A stretch of 64,000 nt of DNA, taken from assembly GCF_009914755.1 (NCBI RefSeq), contig NC_060942.1; one strand, given 5' to 3'. Positions 13,860 through 25,970 of this stretch are shown piece after piece (the stretch's first letter is position 1; the number at the start of each line of letters is the position of its first letter). The notes beneath the pieces are model-generated. The model was not told where the DNA came from. It searched no databases and worked only from the letters and a program-made list of their open reading frames with translations. A program made the position numbers and the translations under genes. Source of the stretch: the human T2T-CHM13v2.0 reference genome, Homo sapiens.

Positions 13860-14000
13860 ATATCTTTGAGATGAGAGATAGTGATTATGTATGTCTAGCC
13901 AGCTTATTAATAGAGGTCAAAACTGGCACCCAGAAAAATTAGCTGACATGCCCAAGGACACAGAGCTGGTCAGTTAGCAGCATGGTTAGAATCAGATAAA
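13860..14000 (-). mobile_element. MIR fragment
   Basis: AAACTGGCACCCAGAAAAATTAGCTGACATGCCCAAGGACACAGAGCTGG resembles the MIR core. Confidence 0.55.
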
Positions 14001-14067
14001 GCCTTAGGAATATGGTAGGGGCTTTGCACCGACGGTAATTTTCCTCTCATCTATTCCTTCTGGTTGA

Positions 14068-14425
<358 letters not shown>

Positions 14426-14444
14426 AAAGATTCTTTACCTGGTA

Positions 14445-15010
14445 CCTCTTAGATGAAGACCTCCGTGATTCCCCCAGCCAGCACATAGCCTTCTCTCCCC
14501 AGAAACTTTAAGGCTTCTTATTATAGTATTTCCCATGTTATAGTTATCTATGTACTTTTTTCAACTTCTCCAACTGATGTAAGTTTCTTAAGCAGTGAAT
14601 GAATGAAAGAATAAGTTATTGATTTTCTATGGTAGTGTCTAATATCTTGGTTTGCACATGTATATACCAGATGTTTAATAAATATACATTGCTTAGATTC
14701 CTTTTTAAACATCAACCCTCCTGTTATAAAATTGCCCCTCCTTTTGAAAAATGCAGTACTAGGGAAAGGCAAAGACACCTTAGAGATATTTCCTATGGTC
14801 CTCAAGTCAGAGGCTCTGAGAGCTTCTTTTTGTTACAATACTTATCATTTTGACTTTTAATTAATGGGTTACATATTTGTCTCTCCCCTCAGGAGTCTGT
14901 GAGAAACTTCAGGAGAGCAACTATGTCTTATTTATTCTTATCGTTAGTATTTATATTGGCACATAGTAGGTGCTCTGAAATTGCTGATTGAGTAAATGAG
15001 TGAATGAACA
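14445..15010 (+). mobile_element. L2 3'-end fragments (two)
   Basis: L2-type ends GATGTTTAATAAATAT and GGCACATAGTAGGTGCTC..TGAGTAAATGAGTGAATGAA. Confidence 0.6.
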
Positions 15011-15096
15011 GGACCTCCTAATAGGAGTCCAGGAATCAGGTGCACAGTTTTAAGTTGGAACTGCTTTGTATTTAAAGACATCAAATAGGTATAGAT

Positions 15097-15109
15097 TGCC
15101 ATCTAGTGG
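15097..15109 (-). promoter_or_regulatory. Candidate CTCF binding site
   Basis: The minus strand reads CCACTAGATGGCA, an exact fit to the CTCF core CCASYAGRKGGCR, in apparently unique sequence. Occupancy cannot be shown from sequence. Confidence 0.55.
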
Positions 15110-15678
15110 AAAATGTACACCAATGCTATCTGAATATGGAACTCCTTTCCTAGGACATGGCAGTGAATTTGTACTAGGCTGCATATACCCTTACAAATGT
15201 CTTACAACTAAATAGAGAATATAATAAAATTTTCATCGTCCAATGCTTACCACAGCAATATACAAGTTATAAAGTTTTTATCACATAATATTTTAAAACC
15301 TATTTCTTTGATGAAAAACTATAGTGAAAAATTCTCTGGAGTTGATGAAATCAGGATGCACTCTCCAAGTTGCTCAAACATGCAACTGTATAGCCACCCT
15401 TTCAAATAGTGTTCTTTTGTTAATTTCATCTCCCTGCTCTTTCTTTCATGTCAGTTATTCTAGTTAATTTTCTACTAGTGGACACGGACAGCTCAGCTGT
15501 AGGCAGATTTTTCCTAGTCAAGCATAGTATCTCTCATTATTATTACATTTTATACATTTCAGAAATATTATAGACATCAATAACTTTTTAGTGAAATGAG
15601 TAGACACTAGATTCTGTATCTGTATAATCTTTGCACTGTGTGTGTCACTGAAATTGAAAATATTAAAAACTTAGAAGC

Positions 15679-16140
15679 TGTGGACCCAGAAAATCTGAGA
15701 CAGATCTGAGTTAATTTAGAAAGTTTATTTTGCCAAGATTAAGGATGTGTGCCCATGACACAGCCTCAGCAAGTCCTGACAACATGTGCCCAGGGTGGTC
15801 AGGGAACAGCTTGGTTGTATACATTTTAGGGAGATATGGGACATCACTCAATACATGTAAGAAGTATATTGTTTCAATCTGGAAAGGCGGGACATCTTGA
15901 AGCAAGGGCAGGAAGACTCCAAGTGGGGAGGGAGCCTCCAGGTCACAGATAGGTAAGACACAAAGGGTTGCATTCTTTTGACTTTCTGATTAGCCTTTCC
16001 AAAAAAGGCAATCATATATTCACCTATCTCAGTGAGCAGAGGATAACCTTGAATAGAATAAGAGGCAGGTTTGCCTTAAGCAGTTTCCAGCTTGAGTTTT
16101 CCTTAGTGATCTTGGGGGCCCAATATATTTTTCTTTCACA
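15679..16140 (-). mobile_element. MER4A1 solo LTR (ERV1)
   Basis: TG..CA termini with 4-bp TSD AAGC at 15675-15678 and 16141-16144. Motifs AGAAAGTTTATTTTGCCAAG, CATGACACAGCCTCAG and TCTCAGTGAGCAGAGG. Confidence 0.92.
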
Positions 16141-17002
16141 AAGCCCAATTGCCAATAGCTTTATGTTTTAATGATCCTTTTTCTGGTCATTATTTCATTT
16201 TTTAAATAAAAAAATGGAAAATCATATTAAGAGATATTTATTTAATGCTATTCTATTGAAATAGTATACTTAATTTATATAGACGTTTAACACATGGCTT
16301 CAGATTATAAGAAGCTTTAAATCTATTGACGATGCTCATGTTTTTATTCAAAAATCTATGATAGGAATATTTCCAGTTCTACTCATAATAGAGTTTTAGC
16401 TAATGAACTTACCCCAAAACCACTAAAAAAAAAATCAAACAGTACAAAATATATGAAGCAACTATTTCAGGCATTAGATAATAGGTATCACAACGTTGAG
16501 ATCCTTGAGAGAAAAAAAAACACATGAGGTGAGTGTTAAATCCACACTGGCTTTCTGCCTGGGGGCACCTTCCATACTGCTGCAACAATAAAAACTTTAA
16601 AATAAAGCACAGGAAGTCAAAACACTGAAAAAATTGAGCAGAGCATTGGTGAGTTTTTGGAAACTTCAAGCTCATTAATATATAGGTAATTAGAGTTTTG
16701 CAAAGAAAAGCAAAAACACTTAAAAATAATGGTACAAATTATCAAATTTGATGAAAATTCAAAGTCCACATATCTAGAAAGCTCAATGAATTCCAAATAC
16801 AGAAAACATGAAGAAAACTACACAAAGTTACATCATAATGCAATTGTGCAAAGCCACTAATAAAGCAAAAAAAATATGAAATGCAGCATAAGAAAAAAAT
16901 GTATTACATACAGAAGAACCAAGATACGGGTTGAGGCAGATTTTTTTTTAATAGAAAACAATGCAAACAAGAAGACAGTGAAACAATATATATATAAAGT
17001 AC

Positions 17003-17739
17003 TTTTAAAGCTTACTGAATATGGCCTGAGAAGGACTCCATGCTTCTATATTTGAGTCCTTGTGGATGAACTGTAACCTAGCTTAACAGGCAGAAAAAAT
17101 TGAAAACCTATGTTAGTAGTGTGTACCTGTAAAAGGTCTTGGCCAATCCCAGCAGCCATACTTCAACACTGCTGAGTGTTCAAACTATGTTCAAATAATG
17201 CATATGCCGAGCTGTAACCAATCCAGCCATTCTGTACCTCGTTTCCAATTTCTGTATGTCGTTTCTCTCTCTCTCTCTTTTTTTTTTTTTTTTTTTTTTT
17301 TTTTGCCTACAAATCTTCTTCCACCACGTGACTGTGCTGGAGTTTATTTATTTTTTTTTTTTTGAGACGGAGTCTCACTCTGTCGCCCAGGCTGGAGTGC
17401 AGTGGCGCGATCTCGGCTCCGCCTCCCAGGTTCACGCCATTCTCCTGCCTCAGCCTCCCGGGTAGCTGGGACTACAGGCGCCCGCCACCACGCCCGGCTA
17501 ATTTTTGGTATAGTAGAGACGGTGTTTCACCGTGTTAGCCAGGATGGTCTCGATTTCCTGACCTCGTGATCCACCCGTCTCGGCCTCCCAAAGTGCTGGG
17601 ATTATGGGCGTGAGCCACCCGACTGCACTGGAATTTCTGTGATTCTGCTGTGATTCTGGGGACTGCCCGATTCACAAATCGTTCATTGCTCAACTAAATT
17701 CCTTTAAATTTAATTCAGCTGAAGTTTTTTCTTTTATCA
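17003..17739 (+). mobile_element. MER57A-type solo LTR (ERV1), interrupted by an AluY
   Basis: ATATGGCCTGAGAAGGACTCC, GGCCAATCCCAGCAGCCATACTTCAAC and TTTAAATTTAATTCAGCTGAAG. TSD GTAC/GTAT at 16999-17002 and 17740-17743. Confidence 0.9.
17346..17620 (-). mobile_element. AluY with small internal deletions and a slight 5' truncation, nested in MER57A
   Basis: TTCACGCCATTCTCC and GTGTTAGCCAGGATGG. TSD GACTGTGCTGGAGTTT (17330-17345) versus GACTGCACTGGAATTT (17621-17636). Confidence 0.92.
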
Positions 17740-19023
17740 GTATCAAAAGGAAAAAAGCTTATAACCTAAAATTCTATATTCTGGGAAAGTGTCATTCATA
17801 AATGACAATGAAAATAAGGGAATTTCAGAAATACCAATGCTGAAAGAGACACCCATACTACAAGACATATTGAAAGAAGAAGCTCTTCAGACAGAAGGAA
17901 AGTGATACCATACGTAAATCTGAATCTACACAAAGGAATGAAAGTTACTAGAATAGTGTAACTATTTAGGTAAATATATACAACTTTGTAAATATATAAA
18001 ACTTTGAAGTATTATTTAAATATATGTAACTTTGAAGTATTATTTATAAATATATAAATATATATACCTTTGAGAAGTATTTAAATTTATTTAAAACATA
18101 ATTGTTTTAAAAATAATAATTGATTGTGGGAGTTAATATCTAAAGAATTAAAATGAATGACATCAATAGCACAAAAGCTGGAGTGGGAAATTGGAAGTTT
18201 ATTGTAGTGTACTTTTATTATACATACAGTGGTATGTATAATAAACTTGGATGTAGATTGTGGTAAGTTAAAGTGATATATTATAAACCCTGATGCGTCC
18301 ATTAGAATAAAACAATAAATAGTTGTGGCTCATAAGCTGTCAAGGAAGTTAAAGAAAATCATAAAAATTACACAATTATTTCAAAAGAATACAGAAAAAG
18401 AAGGAAGAAGGAGCAACAAACAGTTAGAAAAAATAAACAAATTGAAAGATGATAGGTTAAAGCAAAATATATGATCAAATGAAACATAAATGATTTAACC
18501 ATCCAATTAAAAGGAACAAATTGTTACATGGGAAAAAAGAGCATAATCCACATGTATGTTGCCTACAAACAAACCCACCCTACATTTAGACATAAGGTTA
18601 TGTCATAAGTAGCAGGATAAAAAGTGATACACTAAGCTAAAACTAATCAGAGGAAGGCATGAGTGAGTATATTAATGCTATTCAAAATAGATTTCAGGGC
18701 TAAAAACATTGCCAGTGATAAGTAAGTTCATTTCATAATTATAAAGAGGTCAATTCATTAGGATAACATAAAACTCCATGCAGCAAAAATAGCTTTGAGA
18801 ATAAAGGAGGCAAAAACTAATACAACTGCAAGAAGAAATTGTCAAATTTATAAATTGTAGCTTCACATACTCATCTCTCAATTATTATATATATATTATA
18901 TATCTTGTTAGAACAAGTGACAGAAAAGCAGAAGAAACATAAAAGACATCAACAACACTACCAACCAACCTGACCTAATTGATGCTTATTGACTATTTCA
19001 CCCAACAACAGAAAAAGACACAT

Positions 19024-19160
19024 TTAGTCCATATTCTAAGCTATAAAACACAACTATAAATTTGTTAAGACATGTTTTATTGCTTAGAATATGCTTAGAA
19101 TATAGAATAGAATAAGTAAATTAGTCCATATTCTAAGCTATAAAACATGTCTTAACAAAT
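19024..19160. repeat. Direct plus inverted micro-triplication (34-bp inverted repeat, 27-bp direct repeat)
   Basis: 19060-19093 is the reverse complement of 19127-19160 (33/34 match). 19024-19050 is identical to 19121-19147. Confidence 0.92.
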
Positions 19161-19741
19161 GTAAAACAATTTTTCACAAAATGTATGGTCTCAGGCCACA
19201 ATGGAATTCAGTAAGAAATGAAGAAAAAGACATTTGAAAACCCCCTAAATATTTAGAACCTAAATAAAACACTTTTAAATACCATTTAGGTAAAAAAGTA
19301 ACACATCATTGAGAAATTAGAAAGTGTTCTAAAATTAATAAAAATAAAAACACTCATATATAATTATGTAGGATGTCATTAAAGCACAGCTTAGAATGCA
19401 GTTGACTATATTAGAAATCAAGAAAGGCCTCAAATCGATTATCTCAGTTTCTACCTTTAGAAACTAGAAAAAGAGAGCCCAAATAAGAGAATAAAGGAAA
19501 TAATAAACATAAGAGTGGAAATCAATAAAATAGAAAACAGAAAAATGGAAAGTTATTTGAAACAAATTTTTTTTAAATAAATTTTTTTTTAGAAGAAAGT
19601 TGTTGATTTTAATCAATAAAATGGATCAAGCTCCAGCCGGACTGGTCAGTAGAAAAAAAAGAAGGAACAAATTATTAATATCAGGAATGACAAAGGTCAT
19701 GTCTCTACAGATTCAGATAGTAAGAGGATAACATGAAAATA

Positions 19742-20253
19742 CAGATTGAGTATCCCTTATCTAACATGCTTGGGAACAGAAGTGCATCAGATTTCAGGGC
19801 TGTTTTTAATATCTGGGTAAATTCAAATATTTAGATAATATCTTGGAAATAAACCCAAGTCTAAACATGAAAATCATTTATGTTTCATACACACCTTATT
19901 CACATAGCCTAAAGCTAATTTTATATATTTAATAATTTTGAGCATGAAACAAAGTTTGCATACACTGAACCATTAGAAAGCAATGATGTCACCGTCTCAG
20001 CCACCCTTGTGAATAATCTATGATTGTTTGTCATCGCCATCATTCCTGACTCTGTATTTGTATGCTTTCAATAAGCAATCATTTTCCAAAACTTATTCAC
20101 ACAGAAGTGCTTAACAATAAAAAATGTCATTCCATTAATACAGTGAAAAAATAATGTTGTAGTATAACTTATAGTATCATGTAGGCACTCAAAAAGTTTT
20201 AGATTTTGGAGCATTTCAGATTTTGGATTTTTGCTTTAGGAATATGCAACGTG
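19742..20253. mobile_element. Tigger4/Zombi (MER46) internal-deletion derivative
   Basis: Left TA at 19740-19741, then TIR CAGATTGAGTATCCCTTATC. Right end TTTTGGAGCATTTCAGATTTTGGATTTT..TAGGAATATGCAACGTG. Confidence 0.8.
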
Positions 20254-20422
20254 GATGGTGAATAGTGTTAATGCTGATAAATGTTTAATAAAAACATGAC
20301 CAAAACCAGGACACATTACTTGAGAGCCTAGAACTCCCAAAGCTCACTTAAGAATAAATGTTAAAATCTAAATAATCCTATTTAAATTTAAAATATTCAA
20401 TTTGTATTTAAAACCTTTGAAA

Positions 20423-20563
20423 GAGGGAGAGGGAGAGAGTGGCAGAGGGAAGAAGGAAGGAACGGAAGGAAGGAAGGAAAGGAAGGAAAGGAAAGAAGGA
20501 AGGAAGGAAGGAAAGAAGGAAGGAAGGAAGGAAGGAAGGAAGGAAGGAAGGAAGGAAGGAAGG
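20423..20563. repeat. (GGAA)n microsatellite, with 11 perfect consecutive units at 20518-20561
   Basis: Read directly from the sequence. Confidence 0.95.
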
Positions 20564-22355
20564 CTGGCTTACGGAACCAAAACCTGATGGCTTTATTTAG
20601 AACTAGAGTTCTAAGTGAACACTTGAGGAAGAAATAATGTAATGTTAATTTGAGACAAACTCTTCTAAAAAGTTGAAAAGGAGAAAATATTTTTCAACTC
20701 ATTAATAAAGGCTAGTATTACCTTAATACAGAAGAAAAAGAAGGCTTTACTTAAGAAACTAAAGAGCAATGTCCTTTATTGGGACGTAAATATTCTTAAC
20801 AAAATTTTAGCCAAACACAGCTACATATATATACACACACAAATAATCTATCATTATAATATGAAATTTATTCTAGGTATGAAGTTTATTCTAGGAATGT
20901 GTGGTGGGTTTAATATTCACAAATAAATATAATTTACCATATTAACAAACCAAAAATTTGAAAATGCGTATGATTATCTTAATAGATGCAGGAAAAACCT
21001 TGACAAAATCCAGTACTCATTCCAGATTTTAGAATTTCAGCAACATTGAAATAGAAATATTATCAACTCAATAAATAGCATCTATAAAAACAAAACAAAG
21101 CAAACAACAAAAAAAACTCATCATATCAAAGATGAAAAGTCTGAATGCCTTCCCCCTAAGATCAGGAATAAGACAGGTTCTCTGATCTCACTACTTATTT
21201 TCAATGAATTTTCTAGTTAGTGCAAAAAGAAAAAAGGAAATAAAAGGTATTTATATTTTTAAAAATTAAAAGTAAACATTTTTATTTCTAAATGACAAGA
21301 TCATTTCTGTAGACAATCTGATGGAATTAAGAATAAAACTACTAAAACTGACGTTAGTTTAGCAAGTTCATAGTACATAGGGTCAATACAGAAAAATCAA
21401 TTTTTTCTTGTAATCTAGCAACTAACAAACGAAAATTGAAATATTAAAAATGCTATTTACAATAGCATCAGAAATATAAAATACTTAGGGGTAAATCTGA
21501 CAATAGATGTGTCAGACCTGTACTCTAAATATTATACAAACATTGCTGAGAGAAGTTAAAAGAGACTTAAATTAATGAAGGAATATACCATTTTAAAATG
21601 TCAGAGACTCAATATTGTAAAATGTAAGTTCTCCACCAGTTAATCCATGGGTTAAATGTAATCCTGGTCAAAATCACAGCATGTGGATATTTGTAGAAAC
21701 TGACAATTTGACTTTAAAATTCATACGAAAAGGCAAAAGATCTAGAATAAACAATTTTTTTTTTAAAAAAGGATCAAGACTACTCAATTTTAAGACTTAT
21801 AAAGAAACAATTATTAGTATATTATAGTATTGGCAAAGATAAACAGCTAGATCAAAGGAACAGAATAATGAGCTCAGAAATAGATTCACACATAAATGGC
21901 CAACTGATCGTGACATAGTTACAATTGCAATTTAGTGGAGAAGGGGTAGTCTTGATGTGTAATGTTGAAATTTGCATATGTATATTCCAAAAAAGAATTT
22001 CCTCCACTCTTCACAATGTATGTTAAAATTAACTCAAAATATGTCATTGAGCAAAATATAAAACCTTAAAGTAGAAAACTTTTAGAAAAAACAACTGGGC
22101 CAATTTATCTCCAAGTATTTATATTTTCTGACCTCGTGTTAGGCAACAACATCTAAATATAACACCAGAAAAAACAGCCACAAAATAAAGTAAAAGTAAA
22201 AGAAGGTAAATTTGACTTAATCAGATTTAAAAAAATAACTACACAAAACTGTGAGAACATAATTGTAAAACATATACTTAATAAAGGACTTATATTCAGA
22301 ATATAAGGACTACCAAAACTTAATAGTAAGAAAACAAACTACCCAGTAATAAAAT

Positions 22356-25300
22356 GGAGATAATCATGTGGTTTTTGTTTTTAATTCCATCAGTAGTGAC
22401 CAACCCTTTGAACGTGAGGACTTTTTTGCCTATCTGTGGTGGTAACATCATGAAAATTATGCACAGACCTATTTTTTTTTAGGTCATAAGCGATTGTTAC
22501 TGTTAGTGTATTTTATGTGTGGCCCAGGGAAGCCAAAAGTTTTGACACCCATGGTTTATGTAATGAATTACATTTATTGATTTGCCTAGGTTGAACTAAA
22601 CCTGCAACGCAAATATAAAGCCTACTTGATTGTGTTGGATAAGTTTTTTGACGTGCTGCTGGATTCAGTTTACCAGTATTTTGTTAAGGACTTCTGCCTC
22701 AATGTTAATCAAAGATAGTGGCCTGAAGATTTGTTATTGTTGTTGCTGTGTCTCTGCCAGGTTTTGGTATCAGGATGATGCTGGCCTCATGGAATAAGTT
22801 AGAAATGAGTTTTTCCTCTTTAATTTTTGGAATAGTTTCACTAGGAATGGTACCAGCTCTTCTTTGTACAAGTAGTAGAATTTGGCTGTGAATCCATCTG
22901 TCAGTCTGGTCCTGGGCTTATTTTTTTTTGGTTGGTAGGCTATTTATTACTGGTTCATTTTTGGAGCTTGTTATTGGCCTTGTCAGGGATTTGATTTCTT
23001 CCTGACTCAGTCTTGGGAGAGTGTAGGTGCCAAAAATTTGTTCATTTATTTTAGATTTTCTAATTTATGTGCATAGAGGTGTTCATAATATTCTCTGACG
23101 GTTGTTTGTATTTCTGTAAGGTCAGTGGTAATGTCCCCTTTGTCATTTTTAATTGTGTTTATTTTAATCTTCTCTATTTTCTTCTTTATTAGTCTAGCTA
23201 GCAATCTATCTATTTTTTTAAATTTTTCAAAAAAACAACTCCTAGATTTGTTGATCTTTTGAATGATCTTTTGTGTCTCAGTCTCCTTCAGTTCAGCTCT
23301 AATTTTGGCTATTTTTTGTCTTTCTCTAGCCTTGGGGTTTGTTTGCTCTTTTTTTTCTAGCTCCTCTGTGATGTTAGGTTGTTAATTTGAGATCTTTCTA
23401 ACTTTTTGATGCAAGAATTTAGTGCTGTCAATTTTGGTCTTAACACTGTCTTGTCTGTGTCACAGAGATTCTGGTATGTTGTATCTTTGTTCTCATTATA
23501 ATGTTTCAAAAAACTTGACTTCTGCCTTAATTTCATTATTTACCCAAAAGTCATTCAGGAGCAAATTATTCAATTTCCATGTGATTGTATGGTTTTGAGC
23601 TAACTCCATAGGCTTGATTTCTAATGTGATTGTGCTCTGGTCTGAGAGAGTGGTTGTTATGATTTCAGTTGTTTTGAATTTGATGAGGAGTGTTTTATGT
23701 CTGGATTTTAGAGTATGTACCATGTGAAGATGAGAATATATATCCTGTTGTTTTGGGATGGAGCATTCTGAAGATATTTATCAGGTCCATTTGATCCAGT
23801 GCTGAGTTCAAGACCTGAATATCTGTTAATTTTCTGCCTCAATGATCTGATACTGTCAGTGGAGACTGAAGTTTCCCACTATTGTTGTGTGCGAGTTTAA
23901 GTCACTCTGAAGGTCCTTAAGAATTTGTTTTATGATTCTGGGTCCTCTTGTTTTGGGTGAATATATATTGAGAATAGTTAGATATTCTTGTTTAATTGAA
24001 CTTTTTGCCACTGTGTAATGCCGCTTTTTGTCTTTTTTGATCTTTGTTGGTTTAAAGTCTGTTTTGTCAGAAACGAGAATTGCAACCTCTGCTTTTTGTT
24101 GTTGCTGTTTTCTATTTTCTTGGTAAATTTTCCTTCATCCATTTATTTTAACCTATGTGTGTCCTTGCAGATGAGATGGGTCTCTTGAAGACAGCATGTC
24201 AATGGGTTTTGGTTCTTTACCCAGCTTGCCACTCTGTCTTTTAATTGGGGCATTTAACTCATTTACATTCAAGGTTAATATTGATATGTGTGGATTTGAT
24301 CATGATGTTAACTGGTTATTATGCAGACTTGTTTATGTGCTTGCTTTATAGTGTCATTGGTCTGTGTATTTCAGCTTTTGTAGTGGCTGATAATGGTCTT
24401 TCCTTTCTATATTTAGTGCTTCCTTGAGGAGATTTTGTAAGGTAAGTTTGGTGGCAATAAATTCCCTCAGCATTTGCTTATTTAAAGGTCTTATTTCTCC
24501 TTTGCTTATGAAGCTTAGTTTAGCTGGATATAAAACTCTGGGTTGAAATTTCTTTTGTTTAAGAATAATGAGTATTGGCCTCCAATCTTTTATGACTTGT
24601 AGAGTTTCTGCTGACCTGTCCACTCTTAGTCTGATGGGCTTTTCTTTGTAGGTGACCTGGCCTTTCTCTCTAGGTGTCTTTAACATTTTTTCTTTTATGT
24701 AAACATTGGAGAATCTGATGATTATGTGTCTTGGGCATGATCTTCTCATGAAGTATGTTACTGGGTTCTCTGCATTTCCTGAATTTGAATGTTGGCCCGT
24801 CTAGTTAGCTGGGAAAGTTTTCATTGAAGAAATCCTGAAATATGCTTGCTTTTCAGAGTGCTTATACTCCCCCACTAACTCTTTCAAGGACACCAGTGAG
24901 TCAGAGATTTTATCTATTTACATAATCCCATATTTCTTGAAGGTTTTCTTTCTTCTTTTTTATTTTTTTTCTCTATTTTTGTCTGACTGTTTTATTTCAG
25001 AAAGTTGGTTTTCAAGCTCTGATATTCTTTCATGTACTTGGTCTATTCTGCCATTAATACTTGTGATTGCATTATGAAATTCCTGTAGTGTGTCTTTTAG
25101 CTCTATTAGGTCTGTTATTTTTTTTTCTTTACTGGCTATTTTGTCTGTCACCTCCTGCATCATTTTATTGTGTTTCTCAGCATCCTTGGTTTTGGTGTCA
25201 GCATATTCCTCATCTCAATGATCTTTGTTCTTATACATATTCTGAATTATATTCCTGTGACTTCAGCCATCTCAGCCCAGTTCAGAACCAGTGTTGGGGA

Positions 25301-25970
25301 GGTGGTGAAACAGTTTGAAGGAAAGAAAGCACTCCAGCTTTTTGAGTTGTCAGAATTCTTGCTGACAACTGGTTCTTTCTGATCTTTGTGGGCTGATGTT
25401 TTCAATCTTTTAAGTTGCTGATCTCTGGATTTTTTTCTTTTATTCTGTTTGGTAACTTTGAGGGTCTGATTGTGGTATAAGGTGAATTCAGCCAATTGGC
25501 TTTATTTCTAGAAAGGAAGGCCAGCATTCAGCTCACAACTCCTGGACTGTGCGCTCTAACTCTGGGGGACTTGTGTTGGACAGACTTTTTTCTCTGGTTT
25601 CTCAAGGTTAGGAATCCACTGTGCTGGAGTGCGAGAGGATGAGGTGCTTCCAGACCACTGATCATTACACTCCAATGGGTAGTATTGGCCAAATCACTTT
25701 GTAGTGTGGTGACAGCAGCATCTGTCCTCATTCGCATGTTCTAGCAGCAGCTGCAGTGTGGTGAGGTGCATGCTCATTCGCTGTGGCAGGGTGCCAACAG
25801 GTCCCTGAGATAATTCATCACAGTGGCACAGGCAACGTGACTAGAGTGGTGCAGGAGGCCCAGATGGAAACTGTGTGTGTGACTGTGCTGGTAGTTATGT
25901 TGGCACAGGAGCAGGACACTGGCAGGCACATGTCTGTATGCATTCTCTCTGTGCCACAGGCGGGGTGGTC
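22356..25970 (-). mobile_element. Older primate L1 (L1P4/L1PA13-16-like): 5'UTR, ORF1 and 5' half of ORF2; no 3' end
   Basis: ORF1p fragments at 24354..24749 (PRHIIIRFS..REKGQVTYK..SAETLQ) and 24960..25163, an ORF2 endonuclease/linker-region fragment at 23496..23723, and a GC-richer 5'UTR at ~25500-25970. Confidence 0.88.
22391..22553 (-). mobile_element. MER30-family MITE (MER30B-like), nested in the L1
   Basis: TGTTAGTGTATTTTATGTGTGGCCCAGGGAAGCCAAAAGTTTTGACACCCATG is the reverse complement of the MER30 5' end. The other end is CAGTAGTGACCAACCCTTTG. Confidence 0.8.

Larger units (their letters stand above)
16700..22355 (+). mobile_element. Old L1M element (ORF1 3' part plus most of ORF2, heavily decayed), host to nested insertions
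   Basis: A-rich decayed L1 motifs in colinear order, e.g. AAGCTCAATGAATTCCAA, CCTGACCTAATTGA, ATGATTATCTTAATAGATGCAGGAAAAACCTTGACAAAATCCA and TCCCCCTAAGATCAGGAATAAGACAGG. Confidence 0.8.
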
